Source of the DNA: Ostrea edulis
Taxonomy: Eukaryota
DNA: 64,000 bases
Direction of reading: 5' to 3'
NCBI RefSeq assembly: GCF_947568905.1
Contig: NC_079170.1
Location: forward strand, 28,086,001-28,150,000
Shown: positions 10,314 to 24,907 of the stretch, in pieces
Numbering within the stretch: position 1 is the stretch's first letter
Layout: each line of letters opens with the position of its first letter
Notes under the pieces: model-generated
The model's database searches: none
Told to the model about the DNA's origin: nothing
The model's input: the letters and a program-made list of their open reading frames with translations, nothing else
Program-made: the position numbers and the translations under genes

Positions 10314-13009
10314 TATATACATATTTCTAGACTTCAAAAAGGCGTTTCTTATTTCAAAGCACTCTTCCAAAAGTGAAAACACTTTTCCCGGTATATTTTT
10401 AACTTGTAAAGTTAATGCGTCTCATATAAGTGAAAGTAGTCCCCGAACATTCACAATGCGGGCTATTATAGCTCTGTAAAACCCCAGGTACTCTATATAA
10501 AATCTATAAGAAAAAGATCAATGAAAGAATTATTGATTTGAAATAAATTTACACATTAAACTCTATAGCAGTATGGTATACGGTATCAGCTGATCTGACG
10601 AACGTCACAAGTAAATCCTGCGTTACCATTCAAGGAATGAAGACAGTACAAGTTAACCATAGTAGTCGATTTAAAATGACTTGGGACAAATTGCACTTTA
10701 CAAAATATATTACAGGCAGGTGCACGGACAATGGACATCTTTCGACTAGTACTGCAAACAATTGACTCAAGTAATGTTAATGAATATCACAAACATTAAG
10801 GACGTCATATCTAGTTCAACAAGATAATGCGTACTTCGTAATAACAACAGTTTTTCCCTCTCGGTTAAAAAATTGAAATAACAGTTTTAACTATGTGAAT
10901 ATTTGCCTTTTTAACTTTAAGTGAACATTGTTGTTTAGCTTACACAGAATTAATGACAGCATGCAACCTTTTGACTAGAAAACCCTTCTTAATTTGGCCT
11001 TTATGGCAGTGTAAACAATGCTTTGTAACTCGTTTAAGTGAGCTCTTTTAGCCTAATGGCAGGCTATATCAAATGATCTAAACATTTTAATTGTAAGGTT
11101 CCATGTTTTTCTTGCCATATATTTGAAACAGCGTCATCATAATAGGAAAAGTTTCATAACGAATCCTATCAACGTGGTCCGGATGTTCGATTTTTATTGA
11201 TGTGTCCACTCTCCTTTGTTGTGATTAAATCTTCCAAACGAACCTAAATTTCTCCGAAAGCTCAAAATTAACATCATGAAGTGCAGCAATTGATTTAGAC
11301 GATCAAGCCAAGACTAAGTAAATGTATCCAAATATCAAATCTAATATTGCTGATTAATCCGGATATTTGTAATTTGGCAAGCTACATTCACTTAACATTA
11401 TCAAATAAAGTTATTACATCGACTACAATTGAACAGTCCCTTAACAACGTTTATGTTAAGCCTGTGGCTAGTTTTATTGTGTAGAAGATACTAAATGTTA
11501 TTACCGGAAGTGTCACGTCCTCATTCCCTGCGGGTCCCTTAAGCCAATAAAGAATTTTATAACATTATTCCCGGTAAATCACGATTCAAATGGTTTTGCT
11601 GTTTTAAAATTGGACTTTTCACCATTTTCGAAAATAAAGGACATAATTATACTCAGCTGGTCGGCATTTCCCTCAGTCATCAAGCCGAAGCCGTAACAGC
11701 TAGAGGACATATTGCGCGCGCATCTACACATCTCTGTATAACACCGGAGTATTCAGCTGAACAGATGAAATACTCACTACAGCTGGGTTCGAATCCACTC
11801 AGAACAAAAAAAAACAAAAACAAAAAAAAAACTTGAAAGTAAAAAATACGATCAACTTGTGTGTTGGTTGGTAAAATGAACACAGTAGGTTGAGTTCACG
11901 CATTGAGACTGATGAGAAGTGGGCGTTTCGTGATCAATTGAACCGCGTGAGGAACAAGTATAAGCAAACAAAATGTTAAAGGTACTCATATGCATGCTGT
12001 AATTGGTATCGTTTTAGAGTGTGCTTCAGACATTGATATATACACAGTGGTAGACTCGTATTTATGGGGGTTGAGTCTCCCATCTCAATGTTTGTACAGT
12101 TTTTGAGCCATTCAGCAGCAATCTGTTTTGAGCGATAAAATGCTACCTAAGCCCCATGATTTTTTTTTTATTCGTCTCCGTGTGTTTTCCGTGTACATAT
12201 TTTATTTTAAACAAAATGTTTAATCTGAGTGTCTGTGTGAGGGGAAAAAGTACAATTCTTTGTGGTTTATCTATGTATGTTATAAATTTCGTCCTAACAA
12301 CAATTTTGCCTTGTATCACCACCCTCTACCGTGTTCCATGGGTCACGTGATACAGAGCGATAGATTGCTAAATTAATATCAATGTTAACGTATCTATTGA
12401 TTACTGTTTAACAAATTATCGATTTTGATGTCGGATATCCTCCGCGTCTTGCAGGGGCGTTGACAGGCGTACGATGGTACATCCTGCGGCATCCCCACCA
12501 TTAATGAGAGAGAGAGAGATGAGAGAGAGAGAAAGAGTTATTAGTTGTTCCGTAAATACATAGAGATACGGATAGGCCATGAAGACCGGATTTACGGTGT
12601 ATTTCCGCTAAACCGAGGACATTACTTTTAATTATATTTAATTAATGACGGGCTCGTCTGCTGTGACGTGACATCGTTTTTCATTCCACGATGCCATGGC
12701 TAGGAATGTTTGTTGTTGTTTTGTTTTTAATCTAGACGTATACGTAGCCTTTGTGATTGATTTTACGTGCGAGTGAGCTGCGTTTTACGCTCCACTCGTA
12801 AACGTAGAATTAAGCGTAAACTTTGACGTATATTACGACTGGAATTCTTTTATATGCTTTAGACAAATGAGCTAATAACTTTTGCATAATGTGAAATAAT
12901 TTTAAATCCCTATCTATACATACAATGTACCTTGGGAGGGGGCCTATATAGGCTATGCCTGTTGCCCGATCCTATAGAGCTTCTCAATAAATATGTTTAA
13001 ATTATAAAT

Positions 13010-13396
13010 TACACCTGTTTATATAGGTTAAATAAACTAGTAAAAATTTCGTGTAAAGCAGATTTTTCAAATTGCAAGTGAATTCTGAACACAATTCGAC
13101 AGTTTGACACATTTCATTTTGTTTTAAACAAGCTATTGTCTATTAAACGGTCTAAATGTAAAAAAAACAAAAAAAACAAAAACAAAAACAAAAACAAAAA
13201 AAAAACAAAAAACATGGCACGAACCTTGTTTACATAACAAAGAATTGAGAGTGCTGTATTTCACTTGTAACACAAAATCTGATATTCAAATTTTGGTTGA
13301 CCATTACAAATATTTTAGTTAAGCATTGTAAACAATGAAAATGAAAAAAATATATAATTTGAAACTTTTCAGCTTAAATCGTGTCCATGTCCCTTT
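13010..13396. mobile_element. Kolobok-like non-autonomous element (one intact end)
   Basis: Right end CGTGTCCATGTCCCT followed by TTAA; the other terminus is not clearly preserved. Confidence 0.4.
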
Positions 13397-13746
13397 AAAA
13401 GAAATTCGGGATTGTGTTATGAATGGGGATTGGGGACTGTAGAGTAACTGCCGACATTGAGCTGTATTTAAATTGAAGGACTTTCTGTATCTTGTATTAT
13501 ACAATAGAGGGGAAAGATATGACAGTTTTCATGGCATTCTAAATTTATACAAATTACTAGCGATATTTCTTAATCAAATGGAGCACATGTCTGTCTGTCT
13601 GTATGTATGTATTGAATAAAGAATGAATGAATGTATGGTCCGAATTACAATAATTTTTTCCATCTCGTAAAACCGCTATGAAATCATCGCACGTATGTAG
13701 TTATGAGACTGTACGACATATCATAAATTATTTCACCTATTTTAAC

Positions 13747-14069
13747 CAGGGCCGTAAATTACATGGAGGCGGAGGAGGCAGCTGCCTCCTCCAACTTTTG
13801 AGCCAAAAAAAAATTAAAATTTACAGTTCATTAGAATTTATGTTGTTCCCAATAACTAAGAACATGATACCTCCCTTAAAAAGCATTCCAAATCTTTCTT
13901 TTAGAATGAGTTAGTCAAGTAACATCTTAGAAGGCCCTAGAATCAAGGATTTTGCACGAAACGTGTTCAGTGTGCACAAAATGTGCTCAGCGTCTGGGGG
14001 CCTGGGCGACCCCCAGACCCCCGCCTAATTTCCTGCCTCCTCCAAATTGAAGGTTAATTTACGGCCCTG
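13747..14069. mobile_element. MITE with perfect 15-bp TIRs and an apparent 5-bp TSD
   Basis: CAGGGCCGTAAATTA ... TAATTTACGGCCCTG, flanked by TTAAC (13742-13746 and 14070-14074). Confidence 0.85.
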
Positions 14070-14844
14070 TTAACCCAAATAATTTGATTTTAAATCGATG
14101 TTTACAAATAACCGCGTCACTCTGCCATTTCAAGTGACAGTCACTTGACCAGTTCAAACTTTCAGATCATCGCTGGTTTTATCTATGTAAAGCTGTGTAT
14201 TTTGTTATAACAGTGCCGTACCATAAGTTTAATAGAAATAAAAATATAAAATATATCTTAGTAATTCGTTGTTTTACGCTCTTTCAGCCTTAATACTAGA
14301 CAGTTGCGTATGAGTTAATACATCATGTTGGGATTCCCCTGACGCGCGTGGGTCTATTTATAGACGTCTATTATGGGATGATTTATATATGTAGCCACTA
14401 TATTTACTTTCTAATTAATATTCGCACTGTTTTCTTTTACATGCAGATATTTTCAAGCATGTAATTAAGGGAAAGTTAATAACTTTATAAAGTAATTAAT
14501 CTGCTTTAAAGTAATTATGTACAAAAATAATACATGAACATCGGGTCATACAGCTTTAATAATGACCACATGTGTAGATTTCTTACAATTACTATGTTAA
14601 TTATCAATTCATCTGAAATTTTTAAGCACTTTTAAAAGGTTAAAAGTCCTTGATGTTGCATGTAAACACATGTTCAGTTTGACCTTGTAGTATAACGTAA
14701 AATGTCCGTAGGTTTCACTTTCTTAGTTCTACAATTCAATTCAAGACCTTTAGTAAAACTTCGTCCTGGAACTTTACGTCACCTTAACCCTCATTTATTT
14801 TTTTCCAGTCAATCATGCCTGTCTGTCTGTGCGTATGCATACAT

Positions 14845-14850
<6 letters not shown>

Positions 14851-14886
<36 letters not shown>

Positions 14887-14920
14887 CTCGCTCTCTCTCT
14901 CTGTGTGTGTCTGTCTGTCT
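14851..14920. repeat. (CT)n microsatellite with a (GT/CTGT) tail
   Basis: Direct reading. Similar microsatellites at 12505-12535, 22737-22775, 25928-25966, 26742-26820, 41567-41625, 41690-41750 and 63525-63573. Confidence 0.95.
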
Positions 14921-17399
14921 GTATAGATTTTAACTCTAGGTTCTCGTCAATCGATACAAGCTTTCATAATTATGTTTGGTAAAGATCAGAAGCAGGCAAC
15001 GAGAGGCGGCTGTAAGTGGGACGTATGCCTCCTCTCCCCTCTTTTGTTGGCAGAGCTTAGTATAATATGCATTGATGATGTATCATTGTTAGGTATATGT
15101 AATTATTAATTGAATATCGGACATGATAACTTTATATAAAGTTTCAAGATTCGTGATTCTTCGCACTCAGTCACTGTCTTAACACACGTCCTTCCTTTCC
15201 GTCAGAGTCCCACCCCCTCCCGAGAGGGGGGGGGGGGGTCAGGGATTCTCCAGAATTCAAAACTATATAACAAGCAATAGATTTATTTTATTTTCCATAT
15301 TTGTCTTAATACATATTAGCGTATATGAAATATAAAATGTATGTAACTTTAAAATGACATTTTGTTCCAGATTCTTTTATATTGTTACAGATTAATGTTA
15401 TTTATAGATGTCAATTCTGTCAAAGTTTTGCACTAGGAAACAAGAGAACCAAATTACGAATAAAAATAAAAGTAAAAATGAAACGAAAAGGCAAAATAGA
15501 TTATTTTGTTGTAACGAACCCGTAGAACGCAAAATTCTGCTTCGTTTTTAGAAAAACTGTTCAATGGAAACATGTCCCCGAACCACCACCCTATAGAAAA
15601 TGCGTTACCTCCCCTTGATAATTCCTAGATCCACCCCTGGTAAACTCAGTTAAAATACTTTTGATAAAGATTAAAACATCACTTTAGTATTTCGATGGTG
15701 ACAGACTCTTATCAAATCGACATAATACAAATTTACCGATACCACACATTACACTGTTGAGACGCGTGCGCAGTAAGTCACCGCTTCCAATGCAGAGCGA
15801 AAACTCTTTCATGTGAAGAAGTACACGAATAATGCAAGAATCCACAGTGTGACACGGTTTCAGGCAAATTGTGATTTGGAGATTTGATAACATCATTCAT
15901 TTAAACGTACAAATGATTCTTACAACGATTTCTTCATCAGGGAGTGATTTACGGAGGCAATAATCCTTTCATATTCTTTTCTGATTACAAATTCAAGGAG
16001 CGCTAGTGTGCGACACGCATGAATAAACTACCCCCTATCATATTTCCTGTTGGCTGAGAAATAACGCAATCCCATATCAAGTATTCAGAATATTTGTCAG
16101 TATTTCAAGTTAATTATAAATGATACAAAAGGCAATAGAGGCCATTAATAAGAAAAACAGGGGAAATCTGAAGAGGGGAAATTATTGAAATGATCACGTT
16201 GGTCATGTACGGAAAACTGAATAAAATTGCATGTTTTCATTTGCATATATTGGACTCTTAGAGATACATTGCAATGAAAAATTAAAGTTTCCTTAAAGAG
16301 GGAAACCAGAGACCAGATTGTTTTCTTTCTTTCTTCTTTATTATTTTAAAATAATATTTTATATCCATCAGAATTGGTAGATTAAGTGCCGCTTTGATCG
16401 TAATCTACCCCCTACAATTGGAACGTAATGAAGTTCACGAGAACTCTGCTGGTGAAAGGTTTGAATTTATCGGTTAATTGTGAATCTGTTTAAAGCCATA
16501 ACAATACCTGTACCATAGGCATGTATTTATTTTTTCATGATCAATGGAAAAAGATTATTTGGGGGATAGAGTATTGTACTCTGTATGAAATTAGCGTAAA
16601 TTTGTCATGTGAATTCGCCACCGCTCATTATCTTTCGGCGAGTGTTACGAAAATTAACGATCGTCAAGGAAGCACGTGCGAAATGCTGCGACCGAAGTAG
16701 TAACCCGTTTTCGTGTAGTATGACTGCACAATATACATGTGAAGTATAATTCCCCAATGTAAATTCTATATTAATTTAGAGCTTTAAAACGGCTTCCCCC
16801 TGCCGTCATTTTTGTGCCGAATCAATCAATATTGTTTTTTTCCAACATTTGTTTCAAGGTCATAAACTGTTCGTGCACCCGTAGAACTTCTCCGCGGAGC
16901 GATTGACATTTAACACTTGCATACTGCGTTTACGTCATACAAATACTGCTAGGTCGGTGAATCCCGATTCAGGTAAACGTACACTTGTGCATGCACAAAC
17001 TAACTCCCCATAGCTTCCGGTTTAATCTCGCTGGTACATTTTCTACGTAGATCCATGCAAAAAATAATAGATCTACATCAAATATAATGGTTACAAAAAT
17101 ACCATTGAACAGGCTACAGTTCGGTTGAAAGAACATTAAAAACTGCATTATGAGTTACCTTCATGAAGAATGAAGTGGCTATTTAACTAAGGCAATCCCC
17201 CAATCATTGTTTTCAATGTGAAAATGAAAGCCCTGTCCAAGTAAACAGAGTAGATTATCTGAAATTCTTATCACTTCGGCCTGTAAGTATTGCATCAAAT
17301 TGTCGGAATCAAATATTTACATTAAGCTTTTGGAGTAAAAAATACTAGAAATAAATCGAGGCCGAAGTGTCAGAATTTTTCTTTCCGACAAAATCTTGA

Positions 17400-18000
17400 G
17401 ACAGGAGATAATCATCCCGCTATTTCCACAAAGATGAAATCAAGCTTGTTTGTAAAGCTCTTGACTAAACGAGAAACTAAGTTACGTTTCAATTTGCAAT
17501 TTCTCAATGATTGAATTACACGAAATGTGTTTGAATTTGATTACAACAGATGTAGAAACAATTGGTGCACTGATTTGAAAGAAACATTTCATCGTTTAGA
17601 ATTGGACCATGATTTTTGAATCAAAACTAATGGTAGCAATAGATTTGTATCAATAAAAAACGCACTTACTATTCAAACCTTTGGGGCAATGAATTTTTCG
17701 ATATTCCTAAATTGCGTAGTTTGTGTATCTTTTAAAATAACAAAATTAGTAGCATTGGATATGCGTTAATATTTACGTTAAGCCGTGGCGCAATTTAGAT
17801 GTGGAATTTTACCATTACGAATAGAGACTGGTAGGTATCATGGAGAACCTGTTGAAGAACGACTTCTGTACATTTTGCTCCGAAAATAGTGTAAAAGACG
17901 GAATTCATTTTTTTATTGCACGATTCATTGTACTCTGGACATCGATCAAAACTTTTTTTAAAAACACTGGATTTAACCAAATGTTAGACTAGTATGGTCA
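17400..18000 (+). mobile_element. Decayed LINE ORF2 C-terminal region (CCHC-type end; RTE-X-like by inference)
   Basis: Joining frames gives AQFRCGILPLRIETGRYHGEPVEERL-CTFCSENSV.DGIHF at ~17790-17910, the LxIETGR...RxCxxC...DExHF motif of LINE ORF2 C-termini. Multiple stops and frameshifts. Confidence 0.75.
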
Positions 18001-21000
18001 ATAATGGATGTATAGTGTATTCCAATTTCAAATTACCTTCGCCAGGATGCCAAGTATTTGTATTCATCATATATATGTAGACATTGAGTAATTTTCAAAA
18101 AATGTATTTCAATGATGTATGCATACATGTAGATCAAGTTTAAGTTCATTTATTTTCACTCATACCATCCACCGGTGGTACATGAGATGCAATATAAATA
18201 TGCCATAATACTTATATAATCATTTTAATTGGAATGACTTCTTATCCTTTTACTTCATATCTATATTGTAATTTCTTGTGTGTATAATTATGTGGACTTT
18301 ACCTTGTACCTTAAAGGAGAAGGCTTATATATACATTGCCTGCTGTCCAATCCTTATTATGTTATTCATAATAAAATACTGTTTAAATCAATATAAATAT
18401 GTATATTATCATCATATCATAAAAGACACTGCTGAATTTATCACATAAGTATATATGTTTGTATTTCTATGGTGTATATTTTCATGTATTTTCCCTTTAT
18501 TTCTTAATGCTGTGCTCCTTCCTCCCCCTGTCCCCCCTTTATGTACTGAATTTAAGCTTCGTACTTCAAGTGGCATGTATAGGCCTGATGGGCCGGGTGT
18601 TTCATTTATTTTTATACCCTCTGTTAACATAATGTCCAAGACTGTACAAATATCACTGTAAATAAATAAATTACTTACTTGTCTTTTGATTCTGTGTTTT
18701 ACATGCAAGCTCCATTTGATTAAAACAAAGAACATAGTATAACAACGGCCTTTAAAAATGAAGTAATTTGTAATTTAAATCGTAAAAAAAAAGTTACATA
18801 TTTGAAAAGTTATCTAATGTTATTGATTGAAAGCAAATATGAAAAAAAATAGTAGTGTTATGAATAGAAAGACTAAAGATTTAAAACATATTATTCTAGT
18901 GTCCCTAATATACAATGTATATGCATTTGGAAAGTATCAGATACAGCCAAATACATGCCATGGATAATTGGATATATAAATTTCACGAAAAGGCAAACTT
19001 GTGCTCTTTTGTGTGCTAAAAGAACACTACTTTTCAGTTGATGAAATGTATAAAAAATGAAATGAAAAAGAGGGATATAGAAACTACACTGTGACCTTTC
19101 TGTGTAGTCCCTATACATTGATTCTATCACTTAGATAAAGCTCGCTTTGAATCAGACGTCATCATAGACATGAGCTGAGTACGAACTAATTACCACATTT
19201 CTAGGGGTGTCTCTCTTAACAAAGGCCAGTTTACAGTTTATCGAATGGTGTATATGTTTTTCAGATATGCAATACAATGATATAACCTACATGCATGGCG
19301 CTTGTTGTATTTCCTTCATCTTTCGCGCGACCTCATACGAATACACTCAACATTGGACAGATTTCTGCAGTCTGTTCCTTTTCTCTCCTAATTCTAATTC
19401 ACAATCACAGCGACCTTGTTATTGTCGGTTCTAAATAAAATATCTTACGACTAAGATCAAAATCTACAAACATTGTAATTTCTTGTAGATTTTCTTCATT
19501 AATATGTAAATTAAAGTACATCCATAATTCATAAAACTTGCATACATATTTACATTGTACATGTATAAACTTGTGATCGGTATTTGATTACCAGACATAA
19601 TTTTTTCCTCTTATAGTCGTAAGATATTTTGTAAATTGGGCCTCAGAATCTAAATTATGTAACATCTGCACAATTTACTGTCCTATTATTTATTAAGATA
19701 AGGGTATTATTTGAATATAATCAGAAACATAAAAAAATGTCTTCTCTGTTTGTGATGAATTGTTCTGGTTACAACAGGATGAAAAGCCATCCTGTGGTTG
19801 TCATACATATGCCCATAGGTCTTGGTCCATAGAATGATATAGTCTAAGCAGACACGTGTTTTGACAATGCACTCTCGTGTTTCTTTTGTATCCGGTGGCT
19901 GTTGATACCAACTCAAAAACGTTGAATATTTATTTCAATCTCCGTTTTCATCATCACAACCACAATCTGATGTCGTCACACCCATGCCACACCTTCATAC
20001 AGATAACTACATGTACATGTAAATGCATATCTACTTAAAAATGTTAAAAACAATAAATCGTTTTCAAGAACTATTTCTTTAACAAAGTCATCATATTTTT
20101 CGTACACAATCGACAAACAGCCTGACTGCCTCATATTGAAATGTTTACACGTCACCTTTCATATTCCGACCGAGCAAAACTGTTTACAAAAACGGAAATT
20201 ACGTCCATGAAGGGAGAAAATCGCAATTTACTTTCATTTCTAATAACTCCCGTTTCATACTCTTATTAGTTCCAATTTTCTCCCAGAGAGCGAAAGTTGT
20301 GCAGCTAAGTATATAATGAGTGCTAAAATATGACAGTGCGAAAATTACTTTTGAACCTCGAGTGTACAAGCTGAGGGTGTTGATAAATGAGAGGACATTC
20401 TTTGGGTTTATTTCACCATTGAAACCCACTAATCAATACACATACTTAAAGATCGATATTTTCATTTTTAACAGTAATAAGTTTGTAATCCCCCCCCCTT
20501 ACCAAATATTTTCAGAATGAATATTTAAAAAAGGGATTGTTTTTCGATAAACGCTGTTTATTTTCATGGTCCAGAGGCGTGCTCCAATACAAATTTTTGA
20601 TTACTGAGAGATACTGTGATAATGCACATTTGAAAGAAATTCTACTTTAGTACACGCATGCGGAGGTAATTAATATGATTAATATATTAAGAAAATAATT
20701 AGATTTCAATGATTGTTGTGAAAACAACGTCATAAGAGCGGGTGAATGTGACGTCATTGGTACAAGCTTTCCCAGAAGTATGTCTATATTTGGAATACCG
20801 AAATGGTCAGGAGTAACTATGGAGTAGTGTTAAATTTATCGACTGAATATAAAAAATATGCAAATATGGGACCGATTTTGGCCCTTAGAGCCCCTAGCTC
20901 TTTTCATAACGCTCTAACACGCGTTGTTCAATTTGTATGCACACACTGTTGCAACTATGAGACAAAATCTTTCACAAAATAATGAGTTATTTCTTAACTG

Positions 21001-21130
21001 TGATACATCGTAGTGTGACGGCCGCATATTTTATGTTGTATAACATTCCTCTCGAGAATATTTCACTCATATGGAGATGTCACCAATACCGGTGAAGGGC
21101 TGTAAAGTTTCAGCCTATGCTCGGCGCTTA

Positions 21131-21335
21131 CGAACGAAAGCCGACTACTAATAATGAGTTAGTATTTCGTTATAACGAGTAAATATCTCGTTATAACGAG
21201 TTAATTATCTCGTTATAACGAGTTAATTATCTCGTTATAACGAGTTAGTATATCGTTATAACTAGTTAATTATCTCGTTATAACGAGTTAGATTTTTTTC
21301 ACTTTTCAAAAATGAGCCTATCCGGCTTTCGTACG
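21131..21335. mobile_element. TA-targeting MITE (Tc1/mariner-type by TSD) with internal 21-bp palindromic repeats
   Basis: TIRs CG(A/T)ACGAAAGCC ... GGCTTTCGTACG, TA on both sides (21129-21130 and 21336-21337), and about 6 copies of a unit with core TCGTTATAACGA. Confidence 0.85.
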
Positions 21336-21476
21336 TACGGTCTTTGAGCAGGGAGGGATCTTTATCGTGCCACACCTGCTGTGACACGGGGTGTCATTTT
21401 TGCGGTCTCATCCGAAGGCCACCCTATTTCGTCGCCTCTTACGACTATCAATGGGTAACGAGGACCTATTCTAACC

Positions 21477-21913
21477 CTAAGGCTGTATACATTTTGTAAT
21501 AAAGGAGAAGTAGGAGATGAATTCCATTTTATTTTACAGTTCCAACTTTTTCACAATTAAGGAAAAAATACATAGACATTTTTTTTTATGAAAGACCAAA
21601 TGTTCTGAAGTTTTCTAATCTATTGTCAACTCAAGATATGAAAATATTAAGAAATCTCTGTGGTTTTATTTCTCAAATTTTTGAGACTGTCTGTTGTTCT
21701 TCGTAATTGTTCTTCTGCTACCTCTTAAACGTATTACTATTATGTTTAACTATCCATACATTGTATATAATATACACTGTTCCCCTCTGGCATCTAAGAA
21801 AGTTGCATTTTTCCATATATGACCCTCTGATGATTTTTCTTGCATGTACATTGCATTATATTTATTGTACCTCACATACCGTTAAACATGGTTTGAGCGA
21901 ATTAAATTGAATT
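21477..21913 (+). mobile_element. 5'-truncated LINE 3' end with 17-bp TSD
   Basis: Reads RLYTFCNKGEVGDEFHFILQFQLFSQLRKKYIDIFFYERPNVLKF...* and ends in an AATTAAATTGAATT tail. GAGGACCTATTCTAACC is duplicated at 21460-21476 and 21914-21930. Confidence 0.9.
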
Positions 21914-22734
21914 GAGGACCTATTCTAACCGTATCCTCACGGGATGATTTAGTAAAGTAACAGTTACATATATTATGTAGTGTGTTTGACTTCGAGACTA
22001 AAAAACAGAACACTAGTACAGCAAGAGTATATTTCACAAGAATTCCATTACATGTGTATCTGTTAATTTTTTATGCAAATCAGTATTTCAGAATATTTAA
22101 ACAAATTTTCTTATTTATACCAACTATTTAATGTACTAATTAGCAAATGTTAGTGGATTATATTATGTAAGTTTATTAAAAGGAAAAGGAATCCATGTGG
22201 AGAGGATACAGTTTAAAGGGGAAACAACTCCCGCTTTTGTTAGTTTTTTCACGCAAGTATTTCTTTAAAAGAATAAATGATATATTATATTCCTTGCATC
22301 TATTCTTCGTAATGGTGTACATTATAAAGCAAGAATACACATTGATTACATAGTAGGTGGGCTTGAACAAAATACAAACAAATCATGAAATGGATGCAGT
22401 GAATAGAAACAGTGTGTTTTGGCTAGTCGAACAAATAAAACTCATTAAAGGTAAGAGATATTCTTTTTGTGGGGTTCTTGGGGGGGGGGGGTAGTAAAAC
22501 TACTAAATTGGTAGGGCTACTTAGAATGCTGTACCTCCAACCTAATTAATGACCACTATTTGAGGTATGGGAATAGACTAAGCTTTATGTACAGGTTTGT
22601 CGCAGATGTGACGTGTACGTGTTGGTTGCCTATAAATCAAACCTTTTTCATGTATAGCCTCATACGTTTGGAATGCTTTCTTCTCACGCTTACCCAACCC
22701 ATCCTACAATTACTTCTGGAAAGCAATGGAAGGC

Positions 22735-22778
<44 letters not shown>

Positions 22779-22894
22779 AATTTGTTACAGGCATAAACAC
22801 GTCTAAATAACATTATTTTGTGAAATTTCAGAACACTATATCAATCCATTCACTTCCAACTTACAATATATCAAAATCGACAACTAGTGATACT

Positions 22895-23135
22895 GACCGA
22901 TCGCGGTAGCTCGATCAGTATTCGATCTATGGTCGGGAGATTGTGCGACATAAGACGAACTTAAGACGTAAAATTATATGTTGATTGCTCCTTCGCTAAA
23001 CTCTCTGCAATTAGAAGTGAAAGCTGCGGGTCCTACGGATGGAACCTTAAAAACCGAGGTCATATAGAGCGGCAGGCGTTGACACGATTAAGAGAAACCT
23101 CAATTCTACAAACTGAGCGCCAAGCAGTTCATTCT
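22895..23135 (+). mobile_element. Diverged tRNA-derived SINE
   Basis: GCGGTAGCTC head; body ACCTTAAAAACCGAGG...GGCGTTGACACGATTAAG similar to the other SINEs. Confidence 0.55.
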
Positions 23136-24680
23136 GATCAAAATACACCCATGTGTTTTTCACACTATCCCCATAGCATCCTAAACTAATGTTTGTACTG
23201 TACACTGAAATAAAAAAAAAATGGGCTGACATACAATTTCCTGTTATTTACAGTAGTGTGGATTCATCAAACTTCATAAATCAATTGTACATCAAATATT
23301 ATTTCAGCACTAAAATTATCTAACTTTCAGTTTAAACTACAAAGACGTTTCGGTAGCATCACTTAATTCTAAATGAAAATGGACGAGAAATGTTTTGTGT
23401 AGTTCTTGACATTAGGGTTTCCTTTTGAACAATGACGTCATTATTGTGTATCTAAAACTTGAATAGATGTTTACCTATTAATAAGTGTCAGAAGTTTGAA
23501 AGCTATTCAGATAATTCAATATGATTAACATTGAGGATTCTACGGCAGTGTTTCTAATCTGGGAACTACATTGTGGGTGGACAGGAGGACTCGGGGTCAT
23601 ACAGGTGGAGATGGCTAATTAGCTGTCTCTTTGTTGTCAACCTGGAAAAACATCAGGGATCTTTTAGTATACGGTTTGGCGTATTTTTGTAGGCAGACAA
23701 GAGGAAAGAAATTCAACGATACCACGTGCAGAGAATACAAAACACAGATGACCCTGCTCTTTATTGATATGTATCAGAAAAAGATTGAGCCCTTGGACCT
23801 GACATTCATTGGCAATTTTCTCCTAATCACCTGACAAGAAATGGCCATATTCTTACTGTAAATTGCTTCTTTGTGTTGCACAAAGCATAAGTAAGCCAAT
23901 CACTTCCATACCACGGAGACTTTATTAAACAAATAGATACAAATCTACGCTTTCCGCTCTGTAGTAGAATAAAGCTTTCCAAGGGACCAGAATCTTAGCG
24001 TCGTGCAAGACAAAGCCAAGAACGGAGCTAAACGCACGTGAATTATTGGTGAATTTTGCCAGGAGAACCGATCAATCACTGTAGCTATTTCCGAAATGTT
24101 ATTTCATAATGGCAGTGTATATTTTCGTAATGTTTCCGAATTGTAACCGTGGAAATTCCAAATAATAGCCCCGGAATCTAATAGCGCCATGAATCAAGAC
24201 ATAAGTAAACTATTCTGGAAACAGGAGACATATGTTTCCACCGAAAGTGGAATTCTGTTTATGATATAAGATTTGAATTTAAAAAATTCGGTGAGACAGG
24301 AGCAATTCATGCATGTACGTTCATGGGGTTATTCTTTTTTCAAGTACAGTGGTTTCTATAATCGCGATACGCAATATTCGTTGTTTTCGTGTTAAAAAAT
24401 ATGGAACTTATAACCGAATTTTATATAGAAAATGCACAACTATCACATCTTTATATCTTTTAAATGAACTTATCTCAAACATTATTTTGATCCTCAGTAA
24501 TACTCATGTGTTTATTGTCTCTTATTTTGTAGTTCTTATCTGTATGTATAAAAACTGTGATATTTCCATGTTTTGTGATATATGTTCTCGATATGTATAT
24601 ATTTTATAGACAGGACCAAAATATGAACTAGTTTGTATAAATAATTGTGCAAACCTGTATAAATAAAGGGTAATGCTATT

Positions 24681-24829
24681 NNNNNNNNNNNNNNNNNNNN
24701 NNNNNNNNNNNNNNNNNNNNNNNNNNNNNNNNNNNNNNNNNNNNNNNNNNNNNNNNNNNNNNNNNNNNNNNNNNNNNNNNNNNNNNNNNNNNNNNNNNNN
24801 NNNNNNNNNNNNNNNNNNNNNNNNNNNNN
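24681..24829. other. Assembly gap
   Basis: Run of 149 N. Confidence 1.
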
Positions 24830-24907
24830 ATCGTCGAGAGATATATCACGCTGGTAGCAAGATGCTATAGGAGATTTGGTTCCACAGGTCGTGAGTATCC
24901 GTATATA

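Larger units (their letters stand above)
21040..21945 (-). mobile_element. tRNA-derived SINE interrupted by a MITE and a LINE fragment
   Basis: SINE segments 21040-21130, 21336-21476 and 21914-21945 rejoin into the same sequence as 25678-25927. Confidence 0.85.
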
